Below are positions 9,344-20,200 of a stretch of 64,000 bases of DNA, piece by piece. The notes under the pieces are model-generated. The model saw only the letters and a program-made list of their open reading frames with translations. It made no database searches and was not told the DNA's origin. Where the stretch lies: IMG/VR virus record IMGVR_UViG_3300031801_001562; one strand, written 5' to 3'. This DNA is from a virus (Duplodnaviria; Caudoviricetes). How positions within the stretch are numbered: position 1 is the stretch's first letter; every line of letters begins with the position of its first letter. The position numbers were made by a program, and so were the translations under genes.

Positions 9344-11079
9344 GCTACTCTTTTCCAGAAAGAATAATCATCTTGTTCCAGGACAGTAAAAACTGTTACG
9401 CCAGTATATTGATTAGAATAAAATCCAGAATATTGACCTGAATATGATGCTGTAAAGCCAGAAGAATATATTCCTGAATATATTCCTGTAAAGCCAGAAG
9501 AATAAACTCCAGAATATGTTGGACCCTCTGAAGAAGCTTGAGGATTAGGAGATTCTCCTCCAGACCCATATGTAAAAGTATATCCACCTTGAAAACCGGA
9601 AGAATAAATTCCTTCATATGGCCCTTGAAACCCAGCAGAATAGATACCTTCATATGCTGCAGAATAGATACCTTCATATCCTTGAGAATAAATTACATCT
9701 CCAATGGTTGTTAATCTATCCGAGCATGTTCCTACGGCTTGCCATGTACCGGATCCAGGCGCGGAACCGCCGGCAACAAATGCATAAGTACCTATTGTTT
9801 TTGAAAGAACATTTCTTAATAAACGTTTATGCCAATATAAATGCATTCCTGCATCATTAGCAGTATCTGTTAAAGTTGCAGAAATACCAGCGGTATGAGG
9901 CCATGCTTTTAGATTAGGAGTATCTTGATATAAAGGTTTATAAATTACTTCATCTGTTGCAGCACGTGGATAATTTCCAGCGGCAATATAATCAGTATTA
10001 GTTCCACCAAAATAATAAACGGAATTTGCAGCTCTTGAAGTTGTATTAGCATTTGATAATAATCTAGTACCGCTCCATCCTCTTGTTATACCAGATTCTT
10101 TTCTATAGAGATTATAAGTAGTATTTGCAGCACCGGATGAAGTTATAACATTATCTTCAAAAAATGTTTCACTATGCCAAGAACTAGTATCTCCATCTCC
10201 AGGTGATGTTCCAATATGATAAGAACCTACTGTATTAGCTGCACTAATATAATATTGAACACATCTTTCGATTACAGTATCTGAACTATCTTCCATTTCT
10301 GATTCAGTCATAACTTTGACATTACTGCCGTCGACCTTAATAAATGGAGGAACACTATCTGTATCATCAACATGAGTTTCATTAAAACTGGTTCCATTAT
10401 ATGGATCGCTTCCAGAATTATATTCTAATAATACATTAGTTATAGTTACATTATTCGCAACTGGGTGATCTCCTACAACGTCCGGACTTCTATATCTTTC
10501 ACCTATATATCCAGCGCTAGTAAAGCCAGCTGTAGCACTGGTGCCAGAAATCGGTCGAACATGACCCTTCCAAAAATCATTGCCTGCCGTTCCTTTTGTA
10601 TAACTTCCCCATCTTTCAAAAATGGGAATAACACATGACTCATCGATTTGGTCTACAGTCATTTCCTGTACGCCCCAACTTTCTACTTTTTCAAAAATAA
10701 CTTCAACATCAGTTTGACCAGTATAATTTCCTCCGGACGCATTTAAATAACTATAAATGTCGGGAGCTGCACCATCTTCCAATGTTAATACTGCTGCGCC
10801 AAAAGTACCGGTAACATTTGTAACTTTAATGAACTGCCCAACGCCGAGCATTCCATATTCTTGATATCTAATTACTAAGTAGTCTCCTGCATCAATATCG
10901 TTCTTATATGTATCTTGACCACTGGCACCCTGATGCTCATTTATTCCCCATATTTTTCCAACATTCGCTGAAGCACCGGAACCCGTTTCTGTTAATTTTC
11001 CTATAAACAAATTGCCTGTTTCACTAGAGCCAAGTCCAGTGTTTGCTCCAAATGGCAATATTCGACAAGGTTTACTCAT
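9340..11079 (-). CDS. Putative virion structural protein with Tyr/Gly tetrapeptide repeats (paralog A)
   Basis: Paralogous to 11079..12482 (P..VYNSGS..Q.MT, PGTW, C-terminal FWKR); start moved to MSKP at 11079 (TAATG overlap). Confidence 0.7.
   Translation of the reverse strand: MSKPCRILPFGANTGLGSSETGNLFIGKLTETGSGASANVGKIWGINEHQGASGQDTYKNDIDAGDYLVIRYQEYGMLGVGQFIKVTNVTGTFGAAVLTLEDGAAPDIYSYLNASGGNYTGQTDVEVIFEKVESWGVQEMTVDQIDESCVIPIFERWGSYTKGTAGNDFWKGHVRPISGTSATAGFTSAGYIGERYRSPDVVGDHPVANNVTITNVLLEYNSGSDPYNGTSFNETHVDDTDSVPPFIKVDGSNVKVMTESEMEDSSDTVIERCVQYYISAANTVGSYHIGTSPGDGDTSSWHSETFFEDNVITSSGAANTTYNLYRKESGITRGWSGTRLLSNANTTSRAANSVYYFGGTNTDYIAAGNYPRAATDEVIYKPLYQDTPNLKAWPHTAGISATLTDTANDAGMHLYWHKRLLRNVLSKTIGTYAFVAGGSAPGSGTWQAVGTCSDRLTTIGDVIYSQGYEGIYSAAYEGIYSAGFQGPYEGIYSSGFQGGYTFTYGSGGESPNPQASSEGPTYSGVYSSGFTGIYSGIYSSGFTASYSGQYSGFYSNQYTGVTVFTVLEQDDYSFWKRVA
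9397..9690 (-). repeat. Aromatic tetrapeptide repeat: 11 units + 14-aa turn + 10 units
   Basis: YSQG YEGI YSAA ... YGSG / GESPNPQASSEGPT / YSGV ... YTGV, counted by hand. Confidence 0.9.
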
Positions 11080-12482
11080 TAATTTATCCTCTTCCAAAAA
11101 GTATACGGTTGGTTATCTAAAGAAGCTAACACAGTTCTCCCCGTATATTGATTACTATAAAATCCAGCATATTGTCCTGAATACATTCCTACATACATTT
11201 GAGAATAATACCCTTCAAATCCGGATGAATAAATTCCTTCGAAACCTTGTGAATATATTCCTTGAAACCCCCGTGAATAAATTCCCTCATATTGATTAGA
11301 ATAAAATCCAGCAAATTGATTAGAATATTGTCCAGAATATGTTCCTGAATAAACGCCAGAATAAACGCCAGAATATGTATGAGAATAGGAGGGCCCGGAG
11401 CTTTGTGCCTGTGGATTAGGAGCTTCGCTTCCAGACCCGTATGTTAAAGTATATGCAGTTGTATACCCTCCCTGATAAGGTCCTTGATATCCTCCTGCAT
11501 ATCCGCCGGAATATCCTTGCGAATAGAAACCTTCAAAACCGCGTGAATAAAGTCCAGTAAACTGCCCTGAATATATTCCAGTATACTGCCCCGAATATAT
11601 TCCAGTAAATTGTCCAGAATACAGTCCCAAATATTGTCCCGAATATATTCCTTCATACATTTGAGAATATATTCCTTCATATCCTTGAGAATAAATTACA
11701 TCAGCAGTATCTGTTAAATAATCTGTATATGCTCCGGTTTGAACCCATGTTCCGGGAGTCGGGGTTGAAGTGCCAACTACTAATTTATAATAACCAATAT
11801 CTTCTCCGACACTGCTATTCATCAAATAATTTCGCCACTCCGCTACTAATGATCTAATATCAGCATCAGTCATTTCCTGAACACCATCATTACCTGGCCT
11901 ATTATAAACAGGTCGATCACCAGAAGTTGTATTGGGAGCGGTTTTTCGCCATAACCTATAAACAATTTCACTATCAGGTCCAGCTTGTCTATAAGTTTCT
12001 GTTAAAGCATCACCAGCATAAATCCATGTATCTGCGTCGGGCGCAGCAGTCCCAAAATAATAACCTCCTACAGGATATAAATTAGTTCTCCAATTATTAG
12101 AAACTCTAGCTAGAATAGTAGCTGTTAAATCAGCAAAGGACATTTGCTGAAGTTTATTACCTGAAGAAATAAATTTTGTTGGATAGATTACGTTAGCTGT
12201 ACTAACAGCGTTGGATTGTTCTTGATATAAAGACCACGTGGTAGTGGTAAAATTTCCTGCGGAAATAGGATGATCACCTACATCATCGCCTCTATATCTA
12301 TTATCAAAAGAACCGATGTTACCATCATTATTAGCATATGCAGTACAATTTCCTCTTACACTATATACTTGATTAGATGCGAACTCTTGTAGAACAAGAG
12401 GTACTATCATACTGTCGATTTCTGCATCGGTCATCACTTGAACAGCCGATCCAGAATTGTAAACTTTTAATGGTGATGCCAT
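11079..12482 (-). CDS. Putative virion structural protein with Tyr/Gly tetrapeptide repeats (paralog B)
   Basis: MASPLKVYNSGSAVQVMT N-terminus, GDDVGDHP shared with paralog A (PDVVGDHP), long Y/F-x-G-x repeat. Confidence 0.72.
   Translation of the reverse strand: MASPLKVYNSGSAVQVMTDAEIDSMIVPLVLQEFASNQVYSVRGNCTAYANNDGNIGSFDNRYRGDDVGDHPISAGNFTTTTWSLYQEQSNAVSTANVIYPTKFISSGNKLQQMSFADLTATILARVSNNWRTNLYPVGGYYFGTAAPDADTWIYAGDALTETYRQAGPDSEIVYRLWRKTAPNTTSGDRPVYNRPGNDGVQEMTDADIRSLVAEWRNYLMNSSVGEDIGYYKLVVGTSTPTPGTWVQTGAYTDYLTDTADVIYSQGYEGIYSQMYEGIYSGQYLGLYSGQFTGIYSGQYTGIYSGQFTGLYSRGFEGFYSQGYSGGYAGGYQGPYQGGYTTAYTLTYGSGSEAPNPQAQSSGPSYSHTYSGVYSGVYSGTYSGQYSNQFAGFYSNQYEGIYSRGFQGIYSQGFEGIYSSGFEGYYSQMYVGMYSGQYAGFYSNQYTGRTVLASLDNQPYTFWKRIN
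11136..11693 (-). repeat. Aromatic tetrapeptide repeat: 22 units + 14-aa turn + 21 units
   Basis: YSQG YEGI YSQM ... YGSG / SEAPNPQAQSSGPS / YSHT ... YTGR, counted by hand. Confidence 0.9.
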
Positions 12483-12501
12483 TTGTTTTCATCGTTTTTA
12501 A

Positions 12502-14037
12502 TTAGGGTCCGAGTCTTGTACCGGAAGAGTCATAAATTCCAAATGCTACCCAAGAACTTGTTCCAGCAGCATCCGCACTTTTCAAAAAATAATTTGCTGC
12601 GGCGGTAGTACCTGCAGTAGTTTTGAATGTCCCAGCATGGGTAAAAATTCCATCATGAACAACTGCAGCATCAATATCTAAATCTCCATCAAAATCTGAT
12701 GTACCGGTTACTTGGAAAGCTCCATTGACTTTTCCACCATCTGATACTAACCATGCACCGAGAGAACTTTCATATGTAAATGAATGTTTAGTTGTAGCAG
12801 GTATAACTAGACCTCCGCCGCTAGCTTGTGCATCTGTATGACATTTAGCCCAATCAAACGTTCCGGTGCCAGAATAACCTGTTAATGTAAATGTTGTAAC
12901 TGTTGGTACTGTTGCAACTATATAAATTCCTTCATCAGTTAAACCAGAAGTACCGGCAACCACAATAAAAACTTTATCTGAAACTGATAATCCGTGATTT
13001 TCAGTAGCATTATTTCTTTGCGAAGTAATAGTACCAGAAGAGGCATCACTATCACTATAAACGTTTCCAGCTAAACCAATTACAAAAGTTTTATCTTCAG
13101 TAACTGTAACTGCTGTATCATTATAAGTTCTAGTACCTTGAACAACTAAATTACCAGTAATAATAACGTTTTCGGAATCGATGGTAGTATCTGGAGAGTG
13201 TATATGAAACCAAGCAGAAGGTGCAACATTACACCACTCGGCTGAATCATAAAGATAAGTATTTCCTCTTAAATTAACCCTATTTCCAAAATTCGTAGTT
13301 CCACCAACGTTTACAGTGCCGCTAACTTTAAGTTGTGCATCGCCAGTTGTAGATCCCATACCGATAGCGAGGTTACCTGACGTCCCCAGATTCATTCGTT
13401 CGGTTGATTCTGTTATAGAGTTACCAGTAAAAAATCTAATTATATCTTCATCACTGCCATTATCTGTGGTAATTTTTGTATCCGCATCTTGATCTTCTGG
13501 TTGAGCTAAAGGATAAAAAGAACTACCAGTATTTCCTTCAAATCTAGTTAATGTTGTATTCCATCTAATCGAACCAGTTCCTCCGGCTCTTTCTGCACTA
13601 GATCCCTTTGGTATATGTAATGAAGCGGAAGAATTTGATCCTGCAATACCTCCTACATGAACTGTTCCCCATCTCCAAGTACTATTACCAAAATTTCTAG
13701 CCTCATCGGTATATGGAATTACATCGGCATCTATTCTCGCACTAATTGTTAATGTATCAGCAGAAGTATCACCGATATCAGTATTTCCTGTTATTACTAC
13801 ATCTTTATCTACAGTTAAATTTGTGTTTATGGTAACACTACCGCCAACAACAGCCGATTCCAAAATTCCAATACCACCGTTTGAAGTTATCGCACCCGTC
13901 GTAGTTGATGTTGCATTAGTAGTATTAGAAACATGTACTACATCTTTTCCACCCTGAGTTTGGGTGTACATTAATAGTTGATTAGTACGCGTTCTCCATA
14001 AGTCAAACGTATCTGATAAAGCTACGTTAGCTGCCAT
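12502..14037 (-). CDS. Tail fibre-like virion protein
   Basis: LSDTFDLWRTRTN N-terminus, IRWNTTLTRFEG and DQDADTKIT..DEDIIRFF modules typical of T4-like phage fibres; Gly/Thr-rich beta repeats. Confidence 0.7.
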   Translation of the reverse strand: MAANVALSDTFDLWRTRTNQLLMYTQTQGGKDVVHVSNTTNATSTTTGAITSNGGIGILESAVVGGSVTINTNLTVDKDVVITGNTDIGDTSADTLTISARIDADVIPYTDEARNFGNSTWRWGTVHVGGIAGSNSSASLHIPKGSSAERAGGTGSIRWNTTLTRFEGNTGSSFYPLAQPEDQDADTKITTDNGSDEDIIRFFTGNSITESTERMNLGTSGNLAIGMGSTTGDAQLKVSGTVNVGGTTNFGNRVNLRGNTYLYDSAEWCNVAPSAWFHIHSPDTTIDSENVIITGNLVVQGTRTYNDTAVTVTEDKTFVIGLAGNVYSDSDASSGTITSQRNNATENHGLSVSDKVFIVVAGTSGLTDEGIYIVATVPTVTTFTLTGYSGTGTFDWAKCHTDAQASGGGLVIPATTKHSFTYESSLGAWLVSDGGKVNGAFQVTGTSDFDGDLDIDAAVVHDGIFTHAGTFKTTAGTTAAANYFLKSADAAGTSSWVAFGIYDSSGTRLGP

Positions 14038-14284
14038 TGTTATCCTTTTCTAAAACTTTATATATTAATTTTTCAATTTTATCCACAGTAGATTTTAATT
14101 GTTGGAGTTGTTCGTGATGATCAGCCATCTGTTCTCGACTTTCATCGTGAGCTTTTTGTTTTTTAGCTGCCGCCATACGTTCCAATCTATGTCTATTTAG
14201 AGCATCTTTATCTGTATTTAATAAAGCTTTAGAATGTACGTCTCTAACAAATCTTGGATCTTCTGTTTGGATATTTTTATTCAT
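14027..14284 (-). CDS. Small coiled-coil protein conserved downstream of VrlC in T4-like phages
   Basis: FVRDVHSKALLNTD motif plus C-terminal coiled coil. Confidence 0.65.
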   Translation of the reverse strand: MNKNIQTEDPRFVRDVHSKALLNTDKDALNRHRLERMAAAKKQKAHDESREQMADHHEQLQQLKSTVDKIEKLIYKVLEKDNNGS

Positions 14285-17200
14285 CTAATGCTATAGCTCT
14301 TAAATCTTTCACCCTTGGTACATCTAATGTATTAGTTGAAAGCAAACATAATTTAATTGCGAAGGTTTTAAACTTCTTATAATTCGTTCCATTATCATCT
14401 GTATAATCAATTGAATCGCCGGCTGACCTATATAAAAATTCTTTAAAATCATCTTCATTTAATGAATTAACAGAATTTGCAGTTTCTTGTTCTAATTGAA
14501 TATATCCTCTGTCATCAAATGATTCTGTGTCATCCGGACTCAATACTTTTGCATATACATGTATTTTTGCAGATTCTGGTTTATAGGCATTAACTATAAC
14601 TTTTAAATCTTCCGCTTCAAAACCATCTTCAAGATTAACTTTTCTTGTTATATATTTAGTATTGATCGGTCCGCCTTGACTATCTAATTCACTACTTATA
14701 ACTATATTACAAAGGTTGTCTCCCGTATGTCCAGGATCTGCTACAGTTACCGTTGGTGACCCTGTATAATTAGAGCCTCCGGCCAATACAGTTGCTGCTG
14801 TAATCTCACCTGATGTAATTGTTAAGTCTATCGTCGCGCCCGTTCCATTTCCTCCGTCTACTGTTGCAACTGCTGAAGATGTATAATTAGATCCTGCGTT
14901 AATTATGTATACTTGAGAATCTGCAATTGCTGCATTATCTATATCATTTTCAAGAGCTATTAAACTAAATCTTGAAATATCAATAATAGGGGAAACATAT
15001 TTTGATGTTGATCTAATTCCAACATGACAGCTAAATGAATTAGCCGTATTAGCTTGCATCATCATACGTTCTGTGGGATAAACATTTTTATCTCTTTCGC
15101 CTTGAACATAATCAGTTGAGGTGTAACTGCCGGCTGTATTCGAAGTTTTATAAGAAAAACTAAGTGTTGAACTATCAAATTGCATTATTGATGTATTAAG
15201 TTTATATACATCAGCAAATACATTAGATGTGGCGGCGGACTGACTTGAAGAATTGGACATCAAAATTATATTGCCTTGATTTATTGTTGTAAAATGACAT
15301 CTCTTGATTCTCATCATTAAAGCTTCGCCTGGAGATTTATTTACAACGCCTGCATTAGTAGGCAAATATAAATCTTCTACGTTCGGTTGTTTCGGTATTC
15401 TAAAATTGGGACTAATAGCTGCCGTACTTAAAGGATTTAGACCCTGTATTCCTGTCCATAATTGATATTCACTACTATTAGAAATGATTACTAATGCATA
15501 TTCATCACCGGTTAAATAAACAGGTGCAGGAAATACAAATGTAGTAACATGAGATGTATTTGCAGCTTCCGGTGCCGCAGTAGTAACTTGAATTGATTCT
15601 GGCTTTAAAGATGCTTCAGCAAATGGTAGAATTGTTCCGCAACTTGGTAACCCATTAATTAGAGGTCTAATTTGAACAGTAACGGGTAATTGAGGTGTAG
15701 AGCTATTAGCGGTTGCTTTTTGTCTAAAAAATAAATCAACCTCTTTAACAAATACACCTTCTACATAATTACTCTTATTAACAATAAATGTTTGAGTCAG
15801 TGGATCCATCCAACCTTGAGATCCTTCAACTCTACTAGTAGCACTTGTTATAACATTTTCATTAGTAACATCTTCTCTTCGTGAAATAGATGGTCTTGTT
15901 GAAATTGAAGTTGCTTCCCTGCCATCCAATAAACCTCTTACATAAAAAGTACATTCTGCAGCCATGGTAGAATTTGCAACATTATCATTTGCTTCATCGG
16001 TAACTCTTAATAATCTTTCACCGGCTTTATGTGCTGTGCTAGGTAAACTAAGAACTCCAGCAAAAGCTCCAGCTAAATTAGTAGCCATATAAGCGGCTTG
16101 TCCTTTTGTGGGAACAGTTCTATTAGAAACTACGCCTGAAATTCCACTATTGGAAGATAAAATAGTTGTTGTACTTGGACTAAATGATTGATCTATATCA
16201 GCATTATCGCCATTTTGATCATGAGCTTTAATTACTTTAATATAACCAGTTGCTGTTCCACCCGAAGTAGTTTTTTCTGGCATAATTACTTGACAAACAT
16301 TAGCTCCTTCAGAAAGAACTTCTCCCTGAATTAAATGCTTATCAGTATCCACATTATTAAGAACAAGAAAAGGCATTGGATATACATTAGCTGTAACATT
16401 CGTACCGTCAAAAAATATTGCTACATTTGTTGATGGTTTCATTCCTTTAGCAACGAAATAAATTCTTTCATCATCTGGGGCAAATTGTGATTTAAGTAAA
16501 TGAGGTTTCATCCAAAAAGTCATAGAAATATCTGCGACTTTATTACCTAAACTTCTTTTAATAGAATCTGGAATATTCTTTGAAGTAATACCTCTTCTAG
16601 TTTGACCTTGAGAAATCAGGGTTGCTTTTCTTATTCCTCCGGAAGTTGCACCAGCATCTTTTATACTTATTTCTGGTTCTGGGTTAATTTGCTCACCAGT
16701 CCAAATTTTTGTCCAATCATCCCATTGAGATCCGTGTCCCCCATTTACAGCCCCGAATTGCCAATTATCATTAACTCCTTCTAAATTGACTAACACTTCT
16801 GGTCTTATAGAAGTATCATACCATACATCAGAATCCGGAAATGTTTTTATCCCTCCGGAAAATTGAGCTAAGGCATAAGGATTAATTGCTTTATAAGAAC
16901 TAGCCAATGGTTGATTAACTAAATTAGCTGTTGTAAATGGTAAAGTAGCTAACTCCGGACCTGGTAAATGATATTGAATATTATTACTAGATCCTTTTGA
17001 TAATTGAAAACCATAAGCATCTGATTTAAACGGAGGTCTTAATTCATTTTTTTCTATGTCTATGGAACATAGATAATCTGTGTTTATTACGTCACCTATA
17101 GAATGTCCTTTAAATCCATCTACAAGAATACCATTCTTAAATCTATCTCCAGCAGGATTGAAAAGAGAATCTTTTGTTGATCCACCCGATATTGATGTTG

Positions 17201-20200
17201 CAGCTGCTTCTTTTTCGAGCATTGATAATGCTGTATAATATTCAAGATTTTCAATTCTTTTTTCTAACTTACCAATATCTCTCATTGTATATCGTCTATT
17301 ATCAATATACTTGGTTTTAATATCTCCAGTATTAAAAGTATAAGGAGGAATAGTTAGAGTATATAATGTTATAGAATCATCATCGTCTGGAGGAGTAATG
17401 GGTTCCCGCGAAGGAACTCCTTTAATAACCCTAAAGACTCTATCTTTAGATAAAATCAGTTTATCTTTTCGACCCAAATAATATTGAGTATTAAATTGCA
17501 ATGCATATTCAGGATCTGGAGTACCTCCAGCAGCGCCTAATTGAGATGATGGAAAAGCAGCATTATTAGTAGTAAGATCATTTGTTGTATTAGAACCTTT
17601 ATCATTATTTGCAGAATATCGCGACGGTCTAAAATCTATACTATCTCTTAATTGAATTTCTTCACCTGTTGTAGGACTTGTAAATGATGGAATTTTTTCA
17701 AAATTAAGGCCTAATCTCTTAACTCCGTTTAAACCATAATGATAACCAGTATTAGCACCTACATCTGCATATGATTGGACCGAAAAGTATCCTGCTAGTG
17801 CATCTTGAATAGGTGGATCTAGAGCAGGATTGCTAAAATGATCAACAATTACTAACATTTGACCTTTTGGCGCCGGAGCTCCAGGTTTTAAAATAATAGA
17901 CGCATGATCATAAAAGTTATCTCTTTGACCATTATCTAATTCATAATTTGATGTAATATTTACTGCTGTTGTCGAATTTAAATCTCTAAGAGCTGCTAAA
18001 TGTGCTGCAGAAACTGCTTCGGATTTATCTCCAGAATCAATAACATATACTAAATTAAATACATCTGAAATCATTAAGTTATCTTTTTTACCGGCCTGTT
18101 TATTAGGTAATATAAAATGAACTTGTCCTTTTGATATATCAGAATTAGATGACAAGTTTGTAGTATTTCCAATTGTTAAAGTTTTTGATCTCGGAGTAGC
18201 ATTTGCTGTTCTAATAGTTGAAAGAATTTCAACTTGATACGCACCATTTTTTGAATTTAAATTTAATGTAGTTTGAGATGCACTATCAATAGTTGCTGTT
18301 CTTCCAGTTGCTGAAGAAAATTCTAATATTTGACCCGCGGTCAATTCTTCTCCTGTAACATTATCTATAGGAGGATTTGAAGGGTTATCAATTGTTTTAA
18401 TAACTACAGAATATAATTCTTTTGCTGTAGAAGATGGTAAATTTCCTGTTCCTATAAAAGATCCTGTCGCAGTTGAAACAGTTGTTGTTCCAGCAATAGG
18501 AACAGCTACAGATTGAAATGTTTTATAGGTATAAGTTATCCCATCCGGAATAGTAGCTAAAGGTGAAAATGGTAACTGAAAAATTAAATTATTTTTACTT
18601 GTACCGGCCAATAAAGCTGTGCCTTCGGGGTCGTTATTAAATCTTGATAATTTATCTATATCGGCTTGAGTTGTCTTAACTACATGTGAACTATTAGCTT
18701 CATTTAATTGATTTACAGATGCGTGCTTAACAACCAAAGATCCTAAATCCTGAAATTTAAAAGAAATTGAAAAAGTTGAATTAGATTGAACTTTTTGTGA
18801 TAATGCGGTGTTACATATTGCTTTATGTTGAGAACCAATAGCTATATATTCCGCAATAGTAACAACATCACTAGTAGAAGTTCCAGCAAATGTAGTATTA
18901 ACTGTAAGAGTTGCTCCTTTATATGCTCCGTTAGCAAAGGAAGTTCCTGCGGCCGGCATTCCAACTGTTATAAGATCATCACCTTCTCCGGAAACTTGTG
19001 TATTAATAGTTTTATTTAAACGTATATCATATATTCGAGATGAATAAACTGAATGATAATGAGTAGTATTAGCTGTGGATAGATCCGCTTGTTCCCAATC
19101 AAACGATCTTATTCTTGCCGTACCCATTTTTGTTTGATTGTACTTTGTCAGAGCACTTGAATCGCTTGTTGCTGAGTTAACAGATGCAGCAGCACAACAA
19201 TGAAGATCCACAAGTTCATGTTTAGAAATATCAAACGTTCCTAAAACTTTGTTGAGATATAAAGAATTTCCATAATCAGCTGCAACTATATAATCCGAAA
19301 TATTTGCAGTATCTCTTCCTTTTTCGACATCAATATATCGTGTAGCGATACTTTCATATTCATATCCCTTTACATATGCTTTACCAGCTTCTAATCCGGC
19401 AGAAATTAAAGAATTATTACCGGTTATATGATCTTTTAATTGAATTCCAAATGGTCGAACAGTATAACTTCCACTTTCATCGAAGGTTCTGCGCGCCATT
19501 GTCTTTTCAATTTCTGCATATAGTGGATATCTCGTTTCTGTTGTTTTAACACCTAATTCAACTCTAGTTAATTCTATAAATTTTTCACCAGCAAATTCTG
19601 AAATAGTGTCACTAGTGACAGTCGTTGTTCCATCAGCTCCGACTGTTTCTGTCACTATATCTAGAGCCGCTAATGTTAAATTTATAGCAAATCTATCTGC
19701 ACCGGGAGCGGCATAGTTGGCAGTCCCTTGAGCATTATCCAAAATAGATGGATCATCATCTGTCTGAACGATTTCTTCAGTAGCGAGTAATCCAATTCTC
19801 TTAGTAGGACTATTACTATATTTGTCTAATGAAATAGTTTGATCTTGAACAACTACAAAAAATCCACTAATATAAAAAGCGCCTTCCGAAATACTTGCAA
19901 TAGATGCAGTATTTTGAGATTCAGCTATACCGGCTACACCACTTAAACTAACCGTGTTAGCTTGCCATGGCACGCCTTCTAAAGTAGCAATTGTTTCGCC
20001 GTCTACAAAATCTCCACCACCTAATTTTGAAAAAAGTAATGTTGGTTGATCTGAAACAGTTCCGGCCTCAGCTTTAATAACTAAACCTTTAGCTCCTGAT
20101 GTTCCACCAGTGACGGTTTTCCCGGCAAAATTAGTTACAGCAATATCTGCATTATCAAATGCCGATTCTAATTTTAAAGAATTAACTTGATTATTAAGGG

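Noticed and set aside
9397-11693. CRISPR array or diversity-generating retroelement in the repeat tracts
   Set aside because: The repeats are in-frame coding degenerate 12-nt units with no spacers; no reverse transcriptase, cas gene or adenine-specific TR/VR pattern is seen
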